From positions 1,024,001 through 1,088,000 of the forward strand of contig CAWCKH010000004.1 of NCBI GenBank assembly GCA_963796055.1: a DNA stretch of 64,000 nt, given 5' to 3'. A program made the position numbers and the translations under genes. The first letter of the stretch is position 1; every line of letters starts with the position of its first letter. Source of the DNA: an uncultured delta proteobacterium (GTDB lineage: Bacteria; Myxococcota; Myxococcia; Myxococcales; Myxococcaceae). Below the pieces are notes generated by a model. The model saw nothing but the letters and a program-made list of their open reading frames with translations, had not been told where the DNA came from and searched no databases. Below, piece after piece: positions 59,178 to 64,000 of this stretch.

Positions 59178-61565
59178 TCAGAAGTTGACGGAGCCCCGGA
59201 CGTAGACGCTGCGCCCCGGCGCCCAGTGGCTTCCGTTGAAGCCGTTGGCGATCCGGTACGCGTACTGGGCGTCGAAGAGGTTCACCACGTCGATGGCCAG
59301 CGTGGGCCTGAGCGGAAGATTCACGAATTCGTGTGCCAGCGTCAGGTCCACCCGGACCCACCCCGGCACGTGGCTCAGGTTGTCGGCGCCGGTGCGGAGC
59401 CCGCTGGCGTAGGAGACCAGCATCGAGACCATCGTCGGCCCATCCCGGTAGTTCGCCCCGGCATTGGCGGTCCAGGTCTGCGAGTGATCGAGCGTCTGCC
59501 ACTCGTTGTTGGCCAGGTCGGCCGGGTCGAACAGGTACTGGGCCGTCGCGATGCCCTTGCCTTGCGCCGTGCCGAACGAGAGGTTCCCGAAGGCGGTCAG
59601 CTTCTGGGTGATGATCCAGTCCGCGGTGGCCTCGATGCCGCCCGCCCGCCCCTCGGAGAAGTTGTACGGGGTGGTGATGCCGGTGTTGCCCACCTCGGTC
59701 TCGTCGAGCTGGTCGGTGGCGAGCTTGCCCCAGAGAGTGAGCCCGAGCGTCAACGCGGGCACCACCCGGGCCCGGACGCCCACCTCGGCGTAGCGATCCT
59801 TCTCTGGACGCAGGTCATAGGGGATGGGCTGGCCCGGCTGCACCGTTCCCGTCAGACGGGCGCCGGCCGCGGCGTCGGTCACCGAGGGAGGGACCCAGAG
59901 GAGACCGAAGAAGGCGTGGGCCACCACGTCCGGGGTGAACGCCCAGGCCGCACCGATCCGGGGGCTCACCCCGACGTCGGTCTTGCTCTCCGCGCCCGCG
60001 CCCGGCGTCGCACTCTGGAAGTCCACCCTCAGGCCCCCGGTCAAGGTGAGCTTCCCCAGGGTGAAGCGGTCCTGCGCGTACGCCCCGCCGCTGGTGGCGG
60101 TGGGGTCGTCCGCGCCCTGCCCGATCCGGACCAAGTCCGGAGGCGGCACGAGCTGGCGCTGGTACGCGTCGTACGCCGTGTTGCCCCAGAGCTGATCCAG
60201 GCTCAGGCCGAACTTCAGGGTGTGCTGGTCCCCGAGGCGCTGGAGGTAGTCGGCGACCATGCCGGCGTGGTCTGCGCGGCGGTTGACGTTGCTCACTCCG
60301 GGGCAGTCGTCCTGCGTCCCGCCCGCCGGACAGACCTGCGTCGAGTCGAGCGCGTGCTCGGGATCCCCGAAGAACTTCGCCGCCGAGTGCCGGACGTAAC
60401 CCGCGATGCGCAGCGATCGCGCGGCGTCGAAGTCGTGCCGGTAGGAGACGATGCCGAAGAGGTCGTTCTCGGTCTCGCTCTGCTGGGTGTCGGGCGGAAA
60501 ATACGGCGGCGGCGGGTTCCCGAACTCGTCGGGCGTGGTGTTCCCCGGCTGCAGCGTGGGGTCGATGGGGATCTGGAACCGGTCGTGCGAGTAGCTGAGC
60601 AGCGTCGACACGTGGTCGCGGTCGTTGAGGTCCACGTCCACCTTGGCGAACACCCGGCCCTGCTGGGCCTTGTCGTTCAGGTACGTCGTCGGGTTCGGCG
60701 GGTCCAGACCGCGGTTGGTCCAGTTGAGGCTCCCGCCGACCAAATACGAGACCGCCCCCAGCTTCTGTCCCCAGTATCCGCCGGGGGTGACGGTGTCGAA
60801 GCTGCCGTAGAGCAGGTCCAGCCGCCCCTCTCCCTCGGGCGGCGGGCGGCGCGAGTTGAGGTTCACCACCGCCGACAGCCGCTGTCCGTACTCGGCCGGG
60901 AGCCCGCCGGTGATGACCTCCATGTTTTCCACCAGCCGCGGGGTGAGGAACTGCCCGAAGAGGCCGGAGACGGTGTCCGGGAGCGGCACGCCGTCCAGCT
61001 GGTACTGGATGTTGGCGTGGTTGCCTCGGACGTAGATCTGCCCCAGCGCGTCGTAGACGAACCCCGGCTGGGTGGCGAGGATCTCGTTGACCGACGCCGA
61101 GTCCCCGCGCGGGCGGGCCTCGATGTCCTCCCGCTGGATCTGCGTGGCCGAGCTGGTGGTGGTCGGCGGCCGGGGCGCCTCGCGCTTCGGGGCCACCACG
61201 GCCACCGTCTCCTCCAGCGTGGGCAGGGTGACGTCGAGCTCCAGCACGTCCCCCGAGGCGATGAGCACCTCGCGGTCGTCCAGCCGCCCGTCGGGCGCGG
61301 CGAAGGTGAGCCGGTACTTGCCGAACGGGACCTGCTCGAGCTCGAAGTGGCCGGTGGCGTCGGTGGGGTGCTTGTCCACAGTGACCTTGCCCCGGAGCAA
61401 GGTCACCTGCGTGTCCGGGATGGGCTTGCCGTTCTCGTCATGCACCGACCCGTGCACGATCCCGAGGTTGGCGGCGAGCGCGGGCAGGCTCCAGCCGGCC
61501 AGCAGCAGGGAGGTCAGGACGGCGAGTCTTCGACGAGACGACGGGCGGTGTGTGCAGCAGGGCAT
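59178..61565 (-). CDS. TonB-dependent receptor with N-terminal carboxypeptidase-regulatory-like domain
   Basis: Signal peptide; plug YVRG.H...YQLDGVP and GGLPAEYG....VVNL; C-terminal NLFD..Y...PGRSVYVRGSVNF. Confidence 0.92.
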   Translation of the reverse strand: MPCCTHRPSSRRRLAVLTSLLLAGWSLPALAANLGIVHGSVHDENGKPIPDTQVTLLRGKVTVDKHPTDATGHFELEQVPFGKYRLTFAAPDGRLDDREVLIASGDVLELDVTLPTLEETVAVVAPKREAPRPPTTTSSATQIQREDIEARPRGDSASVNEILATQPGFVYDALGQIYVRGNHANIQYQLDGVPLPDTVSGLFGQFLTPRLVENMEVITGGLPAEYGQRLSAVVNLNSRRPPPEGEGRLDLLYGSFDTVTPGGYWGQKLGAVSYLVGGSLNWTNRGLDPPNPTTYLNDKAQQGRVFAKVDVDLNDRDHVSTLLSYSHDRFQIPIDPTLQPGNTTPDEFGNPPPPYFPPDTQQSETENDLFGIVSYRHDFDAARSLRIAGYVRHSAAKFFGDPEHALDSTQVCPAGGTQDDCPGVSNVNRRADHAGMVADYLQRLGDQHTLKFGLSLDQLWGNTAYDAYQRQLVPPPDLVRIGQGADDPTATSGGAYAQDRFTLGKLTLTGGLRVDFQSATPGAGAESKTDVGVSPRIGAAWAFTPDVVAHAFFGLLWVPPSVTDAAAGARLTGTVQPGQPIPYDLRPEKDRYAEVGVRARVVPALTLGLTLWGKLATDQLDETEVGNTGITTPYNFSEGRAGGIEATADWIITQKLTAFGNLSFGTAQGKGIATAQYLFDPADLANNEWQTLDHSQTWTANAGANYRDGPTMVSMLVSYASGLRTGADNLSHVPGWVRVDLTLAHEFVNLPLRPTLAIDVVNLFDAQYAYRIANGFNGSHWAPGRSVYVRGSVNF

Positions 61566-61656
61566 TCGGGTGGCTCGAGGGACGGCGTGCGAGACGGCTC
61601 GGGTCGCGTGGCCCGGCTATGCGGACACGCGCAGGACCAGGAACGGACGAGGACCG

Positions 61657-62052
61657 TCAGACCGGCGGCGATTGCTTCGGCGCGCAGCGGAGCGCCCGTC
61701 CGCCCGGCGCGGCGACCGGGTCGGGTGCCCGCGCGCGCCGCAGTGGGTGCGACGGCGCGAGGACTTCCGAAAAGGCGCCGACTTCCTGCCGAGCCTCGCG
61801 CCTCACCCACTCGGCGGAGCAGTGTGAGTGCGCATCGGCGCGGACAGCGAGCGCGCGGCCGACGCCGGGAAGCGCGGGCATGGCCGTGCCTTCCGCACGC
61901 GCGGAGGCGCCGTCGAGGTCCACCATCACCCCGTGTTCCCAGCAAACGCCGTGGGGCGCGGCAGCGAGGTGGGCCATCGCGCCCAGCTGGAACAGCACCA
62001 CCGCCGCGGCGCACAGCGGAATCCAGCGGGGCAATGTCCGTCCAGCGCTCAT
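61657..62052 (-). CDS. His/Cys-rich exported small protein ending APKQSPP (DUF2946-like leader)
   Basis: TM LCAAAVVLFQLGAMAH; HGVCWEHG; HSHC; C-terminal RCAPKQSPPV; directly upstream of the TonB receptor. Confidence 0.7.
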   Translation of the reverse strand: MSAGRTLPRWIPLCAAAVVLFQLGAMAHLAAAPHGVCWEHGVMVDLDGASARAEGTAMPALPGVGRALAVRADAHSHCSAEWVRREARQEVGAFSEVLAPSHPLRRARAPDPVAAPGGRALRCAPKQSPPV

Positions 62053-62131
62053 CGAGCCTCGGGGCGGGGGGTCCTAACCAACGCGACGGTGGGACCGCAA
62101 CGTCGGTTGCTGCTCGTCGAGCGCTTTCGGA

Positions 62132-63871
62132 TCAGGGCGACACCGGCGCCGGGTCCCGCCGGGGGACGCTCTCCAGGCCCGCTCCGCTGGGGAGGACCGC
62201 GATGAACGTCGCGCCCTGCCCGGGCTCGCTCTCCGCCCACAGCCGCCCTCCGTGCGCCTCCACGATGCGGCGGGCGATGTAGAGCCCCAGGCCCTTGCCC
62301 CCCGACTTGGGCTGGGCTTGCCACCCGCGCTCGAAGACCTGCTCCAGCTGGGAGCCGTTGAACCCCCGCCCCGAGTCCCGGACCCAGAGGCGCAGCTCCG
62401 CGGCGTCGCGCGCCGCGCCGACCTCCACCCGTCCGCCGGCGGGGGTGAACTTCACCGCGTTGTTCACCAGGTTGAACAGCACTTGAAGGAGACGCTCCTG
62501 GTCGACGTCCACCAGCAGCTCCTCGGGCCACTGCCGCTGCAGGACGATGCGCCGCTCCTCGGCGTCGACCTGCTGCAGGGCGCACGCCGACTCGAGCACC
62601 TGGGCCAGGTTGCCCCACTGCCGCTTCAACTCCATCGGCCGTCCCTCGTTGCCGGAGGTGTCCAGCACGGTGCGAACGAGGCCCAGGAGCCACTGGGTGC
62701 CCCGGGCGATGGCCGCCAGCGCACGGCCGGAGTACTCGCCGCCCCGGGCCAGTCCTCGCTGGGCGTGCAGCCGGAAGGAGAAAAGGGTGTTCGAGAGATC
62801 GTGGGCCAGCACCGTCAGGATCTCCTCGCGGTCCCGGGTGGCCTCCTCGGCCTGCTTCAGCAGATGCGCGTTCTCCAGGAGCATCGAGGCACGCCGCCCG
62901 AACTCCTGGGCCATCTCCAGACCGAGCTCCTCCCCGCCGCCGCCCACCCCTTGCCGGAGAAGGGCCACCGTCCCGCGCACCACCCCCTGCACCAGCAGCG
63001 GCGCGCAGACCCAGTTGCCGATGACCGGCCACACCGAGCGGAACTCCTGCTCCGGGCTCCAACGGCCGGCGACAGTGGACCCGGCCGAGCGGGTCTGCTC
63101 GCTCTCCGCCCGCAGCTGCTGCCGCAGCGCCTCGAGCTGCTCGCCCTGCATCTTCCGGCGCAGCGGATCCGTCCTCCAGGCCACCGCCTCCTCGCCGCCC
63201 ATCTCCACCCAGCACCCGTCGATGATGCCCGAGGCGCCGGCAGCGGCCAGCTCGTCGATCAGCCGTGGGCCGGCGAGCTGGATCCGGCTCAGCCGCGCGC
63301 CCACCTGGCTGAAGAAGCGCAGGCTCTGCTCGGCGGCGGCGCGGCTGCTGACGTCGATCAGCGCTACCCGGACCCGGGTCTTCTGGCGGTCCGGAGACGG
63401 GAACCCGGGGGAGACCAGCAGCTCGACGGTGTACGCCTCCTGACTGGGCGTGCGCAGGACCAGCTCGGTGCGGCTCTCCTGCTTCCGCTCCACCGCCCGT
63501 CGCAGCGCCGAACGGAAGAGGAGTGGATCGGACAGGGCGACCACCATCTGCAGCCGTCGGTTGAGGAGCAGGCTCCGGTCGTAACCGAGCATCCGCGCCG
63601 CGGCCAGGTTCACCTCGAGGATGCTCCCGTCGGCCTCCAGGGTGAGATAGGCCACCGGGGCGAAGTCGTAGAGGTCGACGTACTTCTGGCGCGACTGCTC
63701 CAGCTGCTCCTGTGCCTCCAGCAGCCCGCGGTTCTGGATGTCCAGCTCGATCTGATGCACCCGGAGCTCGTGCAGCAGCCGGTCGCTGTGGCCCAGCGAG
63801 GCGCGCAGCCGCTCCAGCTCGGCGACGCGGCTCCGCAGGCCGTCCGGGTCGCTCCGGTCCTCGTCGTTCAC
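62132..63871 (-). CDS. PAS-domain sensor histidine kinase
   Basis: HELRVHQIEL..QN, LYDFAPVAY (PAS); LAHDL; NLVNNAVKFT, DSGRG and GLGLYI boxes. Confidence 0.92.
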   Translation of the reverse strand: MNDEDRSDPDGLRSRVAELERLRASLGHSDRLLHELRVHQIELDIQNRGLLEAQEQLEQSRQKYVDLYDFAPVAYLTLEADGSILEVNLAAARMLGYDRSLLLNRRLQMVVALSDPLLFRSALRRAVERKQESRTELVLRTPSQEAYTVELLVSPGFPSPDRQKTRVRVALIDVSSRAAAEQSLRFFSQVGARLSRIQLAGPRLIDELAAAGASGIIDGCWVEMGGEEAVAWRTDPLRRKMQGEQLEALRQQLRAESEQTRSAGSTVAGRWSPEQEFRSVWPVIGNWVCAPLLVQGVVRGTVALLRQGVGGGGEELGLEMAQEFGRRASMLLENAHLLKQAEEATRDREEILTVLAHDLSNTLFSFRLHAQRGLARGGEYSGRALAAIARGTQWLLGLVRTVLDTSGNEGRPMELKRQWGNLAQVLESACALQQVDAEERRIVLQRQWPEELLVDVDQERLLQVLFNLVNNAVKFTPAGGRVEVGAARDAAELRLWVRDSGRGFNGSQLEQVFERGWQAQPKSGGKGLGLYIARRIVEAHGGRLWAESEPGQGATFIAVLPSGAGLESVPRRDPAPVSP

Positions 63872-64000
63872 GACGCATCCTTGGGACGGTCGACGAAGAG
63901 AACCATTCGCGCCTGCCCGTTCTCGCCCCTCGGCAAGCGAATGCCGTGCACCCGAAGCTCGGCCTTGCCCTTGCCCACCTTCAGGTCCGCGAAGCTCGTG
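63868..64000 (-). CDS. C-terminal end of an upstream gene entering from the right edge (possibly the PAS end of a CheB/CheR-type protein)
   Basis: Open frame ...TSFADLKVGKGKAELRVHGIRLPRGENGQARMVLFVDRPKDAS* with GTGA overlap onto the kinase start. Confidence 0.5.
   Translation of the reverse strand, partial: TSFADLKVGKGKAELRVHGIRLPRGENGQARMVLFVDRPKDAS

Overview
Very GC-rich (by eye >70%) bacterial chromosome segment whose gene content points to a myxobacterium (Myxococcota). Supporting genes include a membrane Ser/Thr kinase, a long coiled-coil protein, a FrgA-like MshEN/HEAT protein, a Pro-rich RDD protein and a J-domain/TPR protein. Most of the window is housekeeping: UDG, hemW, M16 peptidase, prmA, rsmE, a propionyl-CoA carboxylase/methylmalonyl-CoA mutase module, OPT transporter, yhbY, tag, a TonB receptor and two histidine kinases. 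The main discovery is an sdpC-sdpA-sdpB-type peptide locus (27538-30031) lying between pccB and the biotin carboxylase gene. Its lipoprotein precursor keeps SdpC-like N-terminal and C-terminal segments. The single Cys-containing toxin core is replaced by 18.7 tandem copies of R(G/S)PNVPVD(LVA/TA), suggesting a multi-core RiPP-like or surface-displayed system. A deletion-scarred ECF sigma/zinc anti-sigma pair and a CPBP protease follow it. Other signals: a dispersed REP-like palindrome (GAGGTGTCTGGCACCTC, 8 copies), a His/Cys-rich KQSPP-ending leader upstream of the TonB receptor, a candidate structured RNA, and several frameshifts that look like long-read indel errors. All family calls come from motif recognition by eye; no database searches were run.
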